The translations under genes and the position numbers were made by a program. From Cyanobacteria bacterium REEB67 (GTDB taxonomy: Bacteria; Cyanobacteriota; Vampirovibrionia; Obscuribacterales; Obscuribacteraceae), in contig JAGXAB010000022.1 of NCBI GenBank assembly GCA_018971775.1, positions 5,505 to 69,504 on the forward strand: DNA of 64,000 bases. Reading direction: 5' to 3'. The notes below the pieces were generated by a model, which ran no database searches, was not told the DNA's origin, and saw only the letters and a program-made list of their open reading frames with translations. Positions 26,675 to 34,552 of this stretch are shown piece by piece; the stretch's first letter is position 1; the number at the start of each line of letters is the position of its first letter.

Positions 26675-27990
26675 TGCATGCGCGCCGGCACGTTCCAGCC
26701 GAGCTTGGATAATGTTTCGTCCAGAGTAAGCGATTCGTTTTTGCATTTCTTCAAAGCGGTGACTGCCTGCTCTGAGGAAATGAAGCCTTGCGAATAGAGT
26801 GAAAAAGTGCGCAATGCCGTATAGAGCATCGATTCGCTTAGAGCCTTGGCGACAAGCAGCTTCTTGCCCATCTTGATGGCGCTCTTCTCGGTCTGGTCGC
26901 AGACTTTGACCAGCTCGTCCTGGCTGATCAAGCCCGAGTCGGTGAGGAGATTGGCCGGACCAAAATCTTTGTTCATCGCCTGGGTGCCGGGATAGAGCTC
27001 GGCAACGGCTTGATAGACTGAAATGCCGCGATATTTGACCTGACGCAAAGCTTCGGCGGCCTGGAATGCTTTGACTGTGGAATTGGCCACCATGTCTTGC
27101 AGAACAATCGCCGCTTCCAGCAGATCCTGGGTGACCAGACCTTGCTCGAGGAGGATTTGTCCGAATTGTTTTTCCTTGACCAGTTCTATTTCCAGGCATT
27201 CGAGCATGTCGCCTTCGGAAAGAAATCCGGCCATTAGGACGAGCTCGCCGATGCGCACGGTCTGTCCGGATTTTTCTATATAGAGGTTGAGTTCGAAAAG
27301 GGCCTGCTCGATGCTGACCCGCCTGCGTCCGACGGTAAGCAGCGCCTGGGTGGCCTGTTCTTTGGTGATGCGATTGTCGCGCACGAGTAGTTGAGCGGTG
27401 AGAGCGGCGTTCATGATCCAGCCGGAAAGATCCCGGTTGAGGACAAGAATGCGGCCCATCTGCATGCCGGTGTCTTTGGCTTTGATAACAGCTCGACCAA
27501 GTTGCTCGCTCGTGATAAGCTCCGTTGACAGGAGCAGATCGGTGAGCGGACTGGTGATCGATTGAACGGTCTGGGTCTTTTTGTGCACCGAATTGAGCAC
27601 GCCGATAGCATCTTCGATGTTCATATTGTTCTGACGCGCGAGACGCAGAGCCTTGACCGCCAGATCGACGGTAGCTTTGCCGGAGCGTACTTGTTCTTCC
27701 GCTTCCAGAACTGTCTTCATGGCCGCTTCGCCGACTGCATTGAGCATCGCTATAGCTCTGGGCAATGGCACGTTTAGACTGCGGGCGGTTTGCATGGCTT
27801 CGTCAAGCTTGGCTTGAGAAACTATGCTGGCCCCGAGTAGCAGTGTGGGGAGGGCGTCGGCCGTGGCCTGCTTTTCTATCATGAATCCTGGTCTTTCGGG
27901 TGTTTGCCTGAGTAACTGAGTCAGATTTTGCAATCTGGTCTGGTCTAGTCCGGTTTTGTCTGATTTAGCTGGATAACTGGAGTCTGTCAC
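26659..27990 (-). CDS. Protein of about 7 GspE-N/MshEN-like helical repeats, a predicted c-di-GMP receptor
   Basis: The pattern LxxxGLISxEQLxxA...G(R/Q)ILV recurs through the protein. Residues 246-298 read RIGELVLMAGFLSEGDMLECLEIE-LVKEK-QFGQILLEQGLVTQDLLEAAIVLQ. The start codon is GTG, and the 3' end overlaps the patatin start by 16 nt. Confidence 0.65.
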   Translation of the reverse strand: MTDSSYPAKSDKTGLDQTRLQNLTQLLRQTPERPGFMIEKQATADALPTLLLGASIVSQAKLDEAMQTARSLNVPLPRAIAMLNAVGEAAMKTVLEAEEQVRSGKATVDLAVKALRLARQNNMNIEDAIGVLNSVHKKTQTVQSITSPLTDLLLSTELITSEQLGRAVIKAKDTGMQMGRILVLNRDLSGWIMNAALTAQLLVRDNRITKEQATQALLTVGRRRVSIEQALFELNLYIEKSGQTVRIGELVLMAGFLSEGDMLECLEIELVKEKQFGQILLEQGLVTQDLLEAAIVLQDMVANSTVKAFQAAEALRQVKYRGISVYQAVAELYPGTQAMNKDFGPANLLTDSGLISQDELVKVCDQTEKSAIKMGKKLLVAKALSESMLYTALRTFSLYSQGFISSEQAVTALKKCKNESLTLDETLSKLGWNVPARMQWIWS

Positions 27991-28121
27991 TTGCGTGACT
28001 AAAATAAGGTGTGTATCTGTACTGTACCAATTTGATCCGTCTCTCTAACGGTTGCCGCCCGCTACGCCCGCGCTTTTTAGAATTATTTTTTGTCCGGTTT
28101 TGTCTTCTCTCAGCTACCCCG

Positions 28122-28925
28122 TCAGGCGTGTGAAATCCGGATCGGTGCGCCCGGCAACGGTTGACCGAATTCGTCGGCGGCGCTGCCCCCTCTTTTGAAG
28201 AGTTCCCAGAAGCGCCTTTCATGGCCGCTCGATCCTGGTGCGAAGGCCAGGTCGCCTTCCAGCACATTAAACGAGCCTGTGGCGACGGTGGCCGTGCTGA
28301 CGTGCTGGCCAATGCTGATTTTGACGCGCATGCCAGGGGTCAAGCCATCAACCCGTGCGTCCCCTTGTCTGAGCGTCGTCTTGATATTGCCAAAAGAATC
28401 GACATAGCCGATTACCTCGGCGGGTGGCTGGCAAATGGTCTCGTTTATGGCAAGTTTGTGGACGATGAAGGAAAAATCACCGCGACTGGCCTTGCTGACA
28501 GCAAGAGGGAAATAATCGCGGGAGCGGAATTGTGAGCCGCCTTCCTCGACATTGGTGCTCCAGAGCTCCTGGATTTCATCACGCACAAAGGCCAGTGAAT
28601 AACCGGAATTGACAGCCAGCACCTGCACGCCATTTTTGAGGGTGGCAAAGAGAAGCCCCTCGCCTTCGTTGTTGCTGCGGGCTTCCTTGCGGTCCTTGCG
28701 CGGCGCGGTATTGGCGAAAACAAGGAGGTTCTGGGGGCGCAGCGTCTTTGGAGTGAGCGCCAGCTGGGCAACGACAAAGCCTGTGGCAACGGTATCGAAG
28801 GGGTGCACGCAGGAGAAATGCATGCGTGTGTCGTCATGCAATTTGCCGGCGAGCGAGGCCATGACCTCTGCCCAGGCCATATCTCCCATGGCGTAGTCGC
28901 AGACTAGATGTATGAAAGCGCTCAT
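28122..28925 (-). CDS. DUF62 / S-adenosyl-L-methionine hydroxide adenosyltransferase-like protein (divergent)
   Basis: The N-terminus FIHLVCDYAMGDMAWAEVMASL...VHPFDTVATGFVVAQL resembles the TDFG...YVG...H.I..FD pattern. The C-terminal IGYVDSFGNIKTTL matches the conserved D.FGN motif. Confidence 0.55.
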   Translation of the reverse strand: MSAFIHLVCDYAMGDMAWAEVMASLAGKLHDDTRMHFSCVHPFDTVATGFVVAQLALTPKTLRPQNLLVFANTAPRKDRKEARSNNEGEGLLFATLKNGVQVLAVNSGYSLAFVRDEIQELWSTNVEEGGSQFRSRDYFPLAVSKASRGDFSFIVHKLAINETICQPPAEVIGYVDSFGNIKTTLRQGDARVDGLTPGMRVKISIGQHVSTATVATGSFNVLEGDLAFAPGSSGHERRFWELFKRGGSAADEFGQPLPGAPIRISHA

Positions 28926-28926
28926 A

Positions 28927-29331
28927 TCAGCTCCTCAGTGTATTGAAGTCGTCGGCACCGCCGCCTTTAGATACCAGATCCGCCACCGCCCTCGAGAGTT
29001 GGTCCAGTTTGAAAGGTTTGCTTATATAGTGGTTGGCGCCGGCTTTTAGTGCCTGATCGCGCTCGGCTCCTGTGTTGTTGCCAGTCAACATCATCACCGG
29101 CGTCTGGCCGCCCCCTGCCCTGTACTTGCGCAAAATATCGAGGCCGCTCATGTCGCCAAGATGCCAGTCGAGGATGACGCCGTCGAAGCCGAGCATACTC
29201 AGATTTTCCACGCCTTCGGCGCCGCTGCTGCACGAGACGACTGCGTATTCTTCAAAGACCAGCCACTCTGACACCAAATCTCGCAGATTTTCGTCGTCTT
29301 CGATGAGAAGTATGCGTTTTTGCTTGGCCAT
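28927..29331 (-). CDS. Single-domain response regulator (CheY-like receiver)
   Basis: It has LLIEDDEN (acidic pocket), VILDWHLGDMSG (phospho-acceptor Asp), MLTG and SKPF. All canonical residues are present. Confidence 0.9.
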   Translation of the reverse strand: MAKQKRILLIEDDENLRDLVSEWLVFEEYAVVSCSSGAEGVENLSMLGFDGVILDWHLGDMSGLDILRKYRAGGGQTPVMMLTGNNTGAERDQALKAGANHYISKPFKLDQLSRAVADLVSKGGGADDFNTLRS

Positions 29332-29421
29332 CGTCTCGTCTATCCTTTCTTTTTTTTACGCATATTCTCAGGCGCTCACATTTTTCGGGCGCTCTTTCTA
29401 CAGGCACTTCTGCCTCGGCGC

Positions 29422-31539
29422 TCAACCTGCCGAAACAAGACGATTGCGGCCCATTTCTTTGGCCAGATAAAGTCTGTGATCGGCTGTGCGGATAAGTGTC
29501 TCGAGTTTAGTACCGTCCTCAGGATAGGAAGCCAGACCGGCGCTGAACGTGATGCCGAAATTTTCACCATGATCGCCGGTAAAAGTAAGCAGTCGCAATT
29601 CTTCCAGAGCGCGCTCGAGTGCACCGCGGGCAGTATCGTTTTGAATGTGGCGGAAGGCGACGACAAATTCTTCCCCACCCCACCGACCGCGCACGTCTTC
29701 GACGCGGAAGCGCTTGCGCAAGAGCTGGCCAAATTGCGAAAGCACCTGGTCGCCGGCAACGTGACCGTAGGTGTCATTCACTTTTTTAAAATGATCGACA
29801 TCTATCAATGCAAGGGTGAAGATCAGGCCATTGCGCTGCGACTCTTCTTCCATCTCTTGCAATTCTTCCATGAAGGCGCGACGGATCAAAAGTCCGGTGA
29901 GGACGTCTTTATTGGAGCGCTCCTTCAAGAGTCTGGCCCGCTCGAGACGCACTTTCACCCTGGTCAAAAGCTCGACGCGCGCCACCGGTTTCGGCAGGTA
30001 ATCGTCGCCTCCCGCCTCGAAGGCCGCCAGTCGTGTTTCGAGACCGGTTTGACTGGTAAGAAATAAAATCGGTAAGTCTTGATAATGCGAATCCTGGCGG
30101 ATAACGCGACAGATGTCGTAGCCGCTCACCACCGGCATGCTGATGTTGAGCATGACCAGATCGGGATGAAATTCATGTAAGAGGGCCATGATGTCGACCG
30201 GCTCGTTGACGGCTCTCACCAGCATGCCTTCCTGTCCAAGCGCCGTCGACACCGTATCGCAAAAATCAAGATCATCGTCCAGTATCAAAATACGCGGACG
30301 GCCGCCTTGTCTGGCGTTTACCAGATAGTCGATGGCGTCGTCCAGTATATTGGCGGCGAAGGGCAGCTCGAGCATGAGCGAGGCGCCGGCATGGGTCGAG
30401 TCTTCGACATATTTTTGCTGTTTCGATGTTGAGAGAAAGGCCACCGGCAAATTGTCGTAACCCGGCAGTGAACGCAGTTCCCTCGCCAGGTTGAGGGAGG
30501 GACCGGGGGCGGCAGTGTCGATATCGATCAAGACTGCATCGAGGGAAAGTTTCTGGGCAATGGAGAGGGCATCGGCCTTTTCCTGACAACAAATTACCTG
30601 CACCGCTTGATGTTTGGTTTCGTTGGGCAATCTTTTGAAGCTGGCCATCGGCTCTCGCGAGACGACCAGGACGCGCACCGCCGACGACAGGCCGAATGTA
30701 TCGAAATTGTCCTGAGGTAAGGCTTCTTCGCCGTCTTGCGAAGGTGGCAATGTATGCGCTTGATCGCCCGGCGCTTCAATAGTCGAAAAGGCGCGCTTAT
30801 CCACACGTGAGGCGGGGTTTTCGGCGATGGCATGGGCATTGGTTGTGACCAGGCCGCAAATCAGATCGATCTCTTCCCAGGCTGCTTCGTAATGTGCCAG
30901 CCCGCCTTCTTTGATGGCGCTGAGCGCTTTTTCCAGGGAACCGGCCGATTCTCCCAATATGCCGAAGCCGCATGAAGAAGCGGTCCCCTTTAGATTATGG
31001 GCGAGGCGAATCGTTTCGACGAGCTGACTGCTATCACCGGCATTGGTTTGACTCTGCTTGATTGCTTCCTTCAATTTAAAAACGCGCTCAGGCAGGACGC
31101 GCAGATAGTTTGCCTGGAGGGTGTGCAGAGTCGCTTCTTCCGGTCCGAGCTCGCCTAAAATCATCGCCTGCTGCGGATCAAAGATACTTTCCAGCTGGGC
31201 GCCGAAAAGACCGGCTTTGATTGGCCTGTGGAAAATCAGTGTGACCCGCAATTCCTTGACCAGCTGCCGGTAAACGCGCGCGTCGCGCCAGACCTTGGCG
31301 ACGAATACGATCGGCACTTGTGAATTTATCTGGCGTAATTTGGCGATCAGGCCGATACCGTCGATATCAGTTAATTGGTCGCCGACGACAACGAGATCGT
31401 ATTCGCTGTCGATCAACTTTTGCACAGCGGTGGCGCCTTCGGTCGTTTGATCGACGTCATGCCCACGAGCAAGAAAAAGAGTTTTGAGCAGAGAAGCAAC
31501 GGACTCTTCTTGCTCGGCATGCAGTACGCGTTTGCTCAT
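29422..31539 (-). CDS. Hybrid REC-Hpt-REC-REC-GGDEF diguanylate cyclase
   Basis: The Hpt motif is [12 protein letters not shown]. The GGDEF domain has [14 protein letters not shown], meaning an RxxD I-site 5 residues before the active site. Three receiver-like domains are present. Confidence 0.88.
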   Translation of the reverse strand: MSKRVLHAEQEESVASLLKTLFLARGHDVDQTTEGATAVQKLIDSEYDLVVVGDQLTDIDGIGLIAKLRQINSQVPIVFVAKVWRDARVYRQLVKELRVTLIFHRPIKAGLFGAQLESIFDPQQAMILGELGPEEATLHTLQANYLRVLPERVFKLKEAIKQSQTNAGDSSQLVETIRLAHNLKGTASSCGFGILGESAGSLEKALSAIKEGGLAHYEAAWEEIDLICGLVTTNAHAIAENPASRVDKRAFSTIEAPGDQAHTLPPSQDGEEALPQDNFDTFGLSSAVRVLVVSREPMASFKRLPNETKHQAVQVICCQEKADALSIAQKLSLDAVLIDIDTAAPGPSLNLARELRSLPGYDNLPVAFLSTSKQQKYVEDSTHAGASLMLELPFAANILDDAIDYLVNARQGGRPRILILDDDLDFCDTVSTALGQEGMLVRAVNEPVDIMALLHEFHPDLVMLNISMPVVSGYDICRVIRQDSHYQDLPILFLTSQTGLETRLAAFEAGGDDYLPKPVARVELLTRVKVRLERARLLKERSNKDVLTGLLIRRAFMEELQEMEEESQRNGLIFTLALIDVDHFKKVNDTYGHVAGDQVLSQFGQLLRKRFRVEDVRGRWGGEEFVVAFRHIQNDTARGALERALEELRLLTFTGDHGENFGITFSAGLASYPEDGTKLETLIRTADHRLYLAKEMGRNRLVSAG

Positions 31540-31937
31540 TTCTTTTTGGCTTCTTTGTCCAGATCGAGCGAAGCGCTGTTGATACAGTAGCGCAAATTAG
31601 TGGGCTTCGGTCCATCGGGAAAAACGTGTCCCAGATGCGAGCCGCACTTGGCGCAAGTGACCTCGATGCGCACCATGCCGTGACTTTCGTCGCGGTGCTC
31701 GGCGACATTTTCACCTTTGAGCGGGATATAAAAACTCGGCCAGCCGGAGCCGGACTCAAATTTGGTATCACTGTCAAAAAGCTCTTCGCCGCAGCAGGCG
31801 CAGCGGTAGATGCCGTCTTCGTGGCAATTCCAATATTTGCCTGTGAAGGCTCTTTCAGTGCCTTTGCCGCGGCAGATGTTGTACTGCTCGGGCGTCAATT
31901 TTTCTTTCCATTGCTCTTCTTGATTGCCGTCGCTCAT
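31536..31937 (-). CDS. msrB: Peptide-methionine (R)-S-oxide reductase
   Basis: It carries [26 protein letters not shown] and [21 protein letters not shown]. Its stop overlaps the GGDEF gene start (ATGA). Confidence 0.93.
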   Translation of the reverse strand: MSDGNQEEQWKEKLTPEQYNICRGKGTERAFTGKYWNCHEDGIYRCACCGEELFDSDTKFESGSGWPSFYIPLKGENVAEHRDESHGMVRIEVTCAKCGSHLGHVFPDGPKPTNLRYCINSASLDLDKEAKKK

Positions 31938-32051
31938 TCTTTGACTCCTTAGTCAAGTCTTACTGCTCTCTTGCCTCGGGCCCGACCTTTTATTATCACC
32001 CTTTTTGCGTCAGCTTACCGGCACATATTTCTATGCGATTTTTTGTATCGG

Positions 32052-32270
32052 TTAATTCGAGGACGGATCGGCGGCAGGCGGCGCTGCCAGCTCTTTCAGT
32101 GCGGTGATAACGCTGCTTGCCGCCTGGGGGCGGTCCTCTTCTTCCATCGCCGTACAGTCCTTGACTAGCTTGACCAGTGCCGGATCTGTCTCAGGTTTTA
32201 TTTTATCCACTTCCGATTGAGTTAGCGCTTCCGGATCGAGGCCGGTGAGGAGGTAGTAAAGGGTGCCGCC
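32052..32270 (-). pseudogene. Remnant of the C-terminal lobe of a Ser/Thr protein kinase (72 codons, no start)
   Basis: My hand translation gives GGTLYYLLTGLDPEALTQSEVDKIKPETDPALVKLVKDCTAMEEEDRPQAASSVITALKELAAPPAADPSSN*, which matches kinase subdomains IX-XI. The frame opens only at 32279, inside the adh 3' end. There is no start codon or N-lobe. Confidence 0.5.
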
Positions 32271-32271
32271 C

Positions 32272-33300
32272 TCAGGGCCTTAGCACGACCGCTCCGCTGA
32301 TTTTGCCGCCGCGCAGAAGGGCGATCGCCTGGTTGGCCTCGGCCAGAGGACGGATCGTGGTGGAAGTAGTAACTTTGTTTTTGGCCAGATAGGCGATAAA
32401 TTCTTCGCCATCCAATCTGGTCAAATTGGCTACCGATTGAATCGTGCGCTCGCCCCAGAGCAGGTCGTAGGGCAGGGCCGGGATATCGCTCATATGTATG
32501 CCGCCCAGCACGAGTTCGCCGCCCTTCCGCAGACTTTTGAGTGCGGCCGGCACGAGTTCGCCTGTGGTGGCAAAGATTATGGCCGCATCCAGTGTCTGAG
32601 GAGAAACTTCGTCGCTTGCTCCGGCATAGGTGGCGCCCAGCGAAAGGGCAAAATCGATCGCCTGTTGATCGCCTTTGCGCACGAAGGCGTAAATTTTGTA
32701 GCCCATCTGGATCGCCACCTGGGCGACGATGTGTCCAGCTGCTCCAAAGCCGTAAATTCCCAGACGTCCCTCGCCTTTATCGAGGGCCGGCCGGGCAAAG
32801 CGCAGGCAGCGCCAGCCTATGAGACCGGCGCAAAGCATCGGACTGAATTCGATCGGATCGATTTTCTCGGGCAAAGTAAAGGCGAAACGCTTGTCGGCAA
32901 CCGTGTACTGGGCAAAACCACCATCTTTCGTATAGCCTGTAAACTGCGGTTCGTCGCAAAGATTTTCTTCCTGCCGCCGGCAAAAAGCGCATGTACCACA
33001 AGTGCTGGCCAGCCAGGGGACGCCGACTCGCTCACCGATCTTGTGCTCGCTCACGTCGGCCCCGAGCGCCACGATGCGGCCGACAATCTCATGGCCGGGC
33101 ACCACCCACGGTGTCTTCGGTTTTTTTAGATCACCATCTATGACGTGCAAATCGGTACGACAAACGGCGCAGGCTTCGACCTTGATCAGCACTTGACCGG
33201 CCTCGGGAGCGGGCACTTCTATAGTTTCAAAATCAAGGACACTGCGGCCTTTGAAGAGCATCGCCTGCATCTTGCCGGGGATTTTTTCGGGCGCTGTCAC
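32272..33300 (-). CDS. Zinc-dependent alcohol dehydrogenase (MDR family)
   Basis: It carries CAVCRTDLH, GHEIVGRIVALG, the structural-zinc cluster CGTCAFCRRQEENLC and GFGAAGH (Rossmann fold). Confidence 0.88.
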   Translation of the reverse strand: MTAPEKIPGKMQAMLFKGRSVLDFETIEVPAPEAGQVLIKVEACAVCRTDLHVIDGDLKKPKTPWVVPGHEIVGRIVALGADVSEHKIGERVGVPWLASTCGTCAFCRRQEENLCDEPQFTGYTKDGGFAQYTVADKRFAFTLPEKIDPIEFSPMLCAGLIGWRCLRFARPALDKGEGRLGIYGFGAAGHIVAQVAIQMGYKIYAFVRKGDQQAIDFALSLGATYAGASDEVSPQTLDAAIIFATTGELVPAALKSLRKGGELVLGGIHMSDIPALPYDLLWGERTIQSVANLTRLDGEEFIAYLAKNKVTTSTTIRPLAEANQAIALLRGGKISGAVVLRP

Positions 33301-33350
33301 AACCTTTTTCTCGTCGCGTTACTGAGAAAATATTTCATTGATGCAAAGCC

Positions 33351-34544
33351 TCAATTGTCCGCTTGATAGTCGCCTACCGTGAGATGGAGTGTGGACGGTT
33401 GCCCCTGGCGCAAGATGGATAAGGCTATGCTGTCGCCGATCTTGTGACCGCGGGCAATGGCGCCGAGCTCTTTGGCTGTGGCGGTAGGCTGATTGTCGAG
33501 TTTTGTGATGATGTCGCCGACGGCGATACCACTGGCCGCTGCGGGACTATCTTCATAGACCTTGTCGACGACCACGCCTTTGACTTTATCGTCGACGCCG
33601 AGCTCGGCGGCAAGCGGTGTTGTCAGATCCTGCATGTGCAATCCGATATAAGGACGGCTTACCCGACCGTGGGCGAGGAGCTGATTGGTCACTTCCTGGA
33701 AAAGATCCGAAGGTATGGCGAAGCCGATGTTTTGTCCCTGTCTGCTTATCGCCGTGATTATGCCTATGACCTGGCCATTGATATTGAGCAGCGGTCCGCC
33801 CGAATTTCCGGGATTGATGGCGGCGTCGGTCTGAATCAGTTTTGCCTGCTGTGAGACTTCGTCTATTGAGCGGTCGAGGGCGCTGACGATGCCGAGCGTC
33901 ACCGAATGGTCGAAGCCGAGCGGGCTGCCGATGGCGATGGCCCAGTCGCCTGGTCGGACAAATTTGCTCGAGCCGATTTTCGCTACCGGTAGATTTTGAG
34001 CGTTGATTTTGACCAGGGCCAGATCGGTGATGGCATCGCGCCCGACCACCTTGCCGTCGAAGACCCGTTTGTCCGATAAAGTCACTTTGATTTCGTCAGC
34101 GTCACCGATGACGTGACGATTGGTCAATATATATCCATCAGCTTTAATGATCACACCGGAGCCAACGCCGCGGCTCTGTGAAATCTGCGGTTGAAAATTA
34201 AAACTGGGTCCGCCGAAGCCGCCAAAGAGCGAATCGCCGAAACCGAGCGAAAAGGGACTGATCTGCACCACCTTCATGGTGTCGATGTTGACCACCGATT
34301 TACTTGCCGCTTCCGCTATGTCGCCGATACTCGGCGGACGAATCGTGCCGTCCGAATTGATCAGCGGAGCGGCGCTGTTTGCTTCCATCTTGAGCGGTGT
34401 GGGCCCTTGACTATCTTTCAAGGCGCTGATCCGCCCGAATGTGAAGGAACCGACAAGTGCCGCCCCAATCACCACACCGAGGAGGAGGGAGCCGGTTTGG
34501 ACTTTAGCTGAATTGCCACGCGCTGTATTAAAAAGCATAAGCAT
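33351..34544 (-). CDS. HtrA/DegP-family serine protease with one PDZ domain
   Basis: It has an N-terminal TM segment, TNRHVI (His), DLALV (Asp), GNSGGPLLN (Ser), and a PDZ domain (GVVVDKVYEDSPAAASGIAVGDIITKL). Confidence 0.88.
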   Translation of the reverse strand: MLMLFNTARGNSAKVQTGSLLLGVVIGAALVGSFTFGRISALKDSQGPTPLKMEANSAAPLINSDGTIRPPSIGDIAEAASKSVVNIDTMKVVQISPFSLGFGDSLFGGFGGPSFNFQPQISQSRGVGSGVIIKADGYILTNRHVIGDADEIKVTLSDKRVFDGKVVGRDAITDLALVKINAQNLPVAKIGSSKFVRPGDWAIAIGSPLGFDHSVTLGIVSALDRSIDEVSQQAKLIQTDAAINPGNSGGPLLNINGQVIGIITAISRQGQNIGFAIPSDLFQEVTNQLLAHGRVSRPYIGLHMQDLTTPLAAELGVDDKVKGVVVDKVYEDSPAAASGIAVGDIITKLDNQPTATAKELGAIARGHKIGDSIALSILRQGQPSTLHLTVGDYQADN

Positions 34545-34552
34545 ATTATATT

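Noticed and set aside
26675-27199. The N-terminal 175 codons of the 513-aa ORF-track version of the patatin gene.
   Set aside because: This part overlaps the MshEN-like gene in another frame and is Arg/Gly/Ser/Pro-rich. A Met at 26674 is followed directly by a signal-peptide-like sequence and the patatin core.
25658-31937. I considered calling the GGDEF/patatin array a CBASS system.
   Set aside because: It has no CD-NTase (cGAS/DncV-like nucleotidyltransferase). It also has no Cap2/Cap3-type accessory genes. The cyclase is a GGDEF enzyme and the patatin carries a signal peptide, unlike CapV. I therefore report it only as a CBASS-analogous hypothesis.
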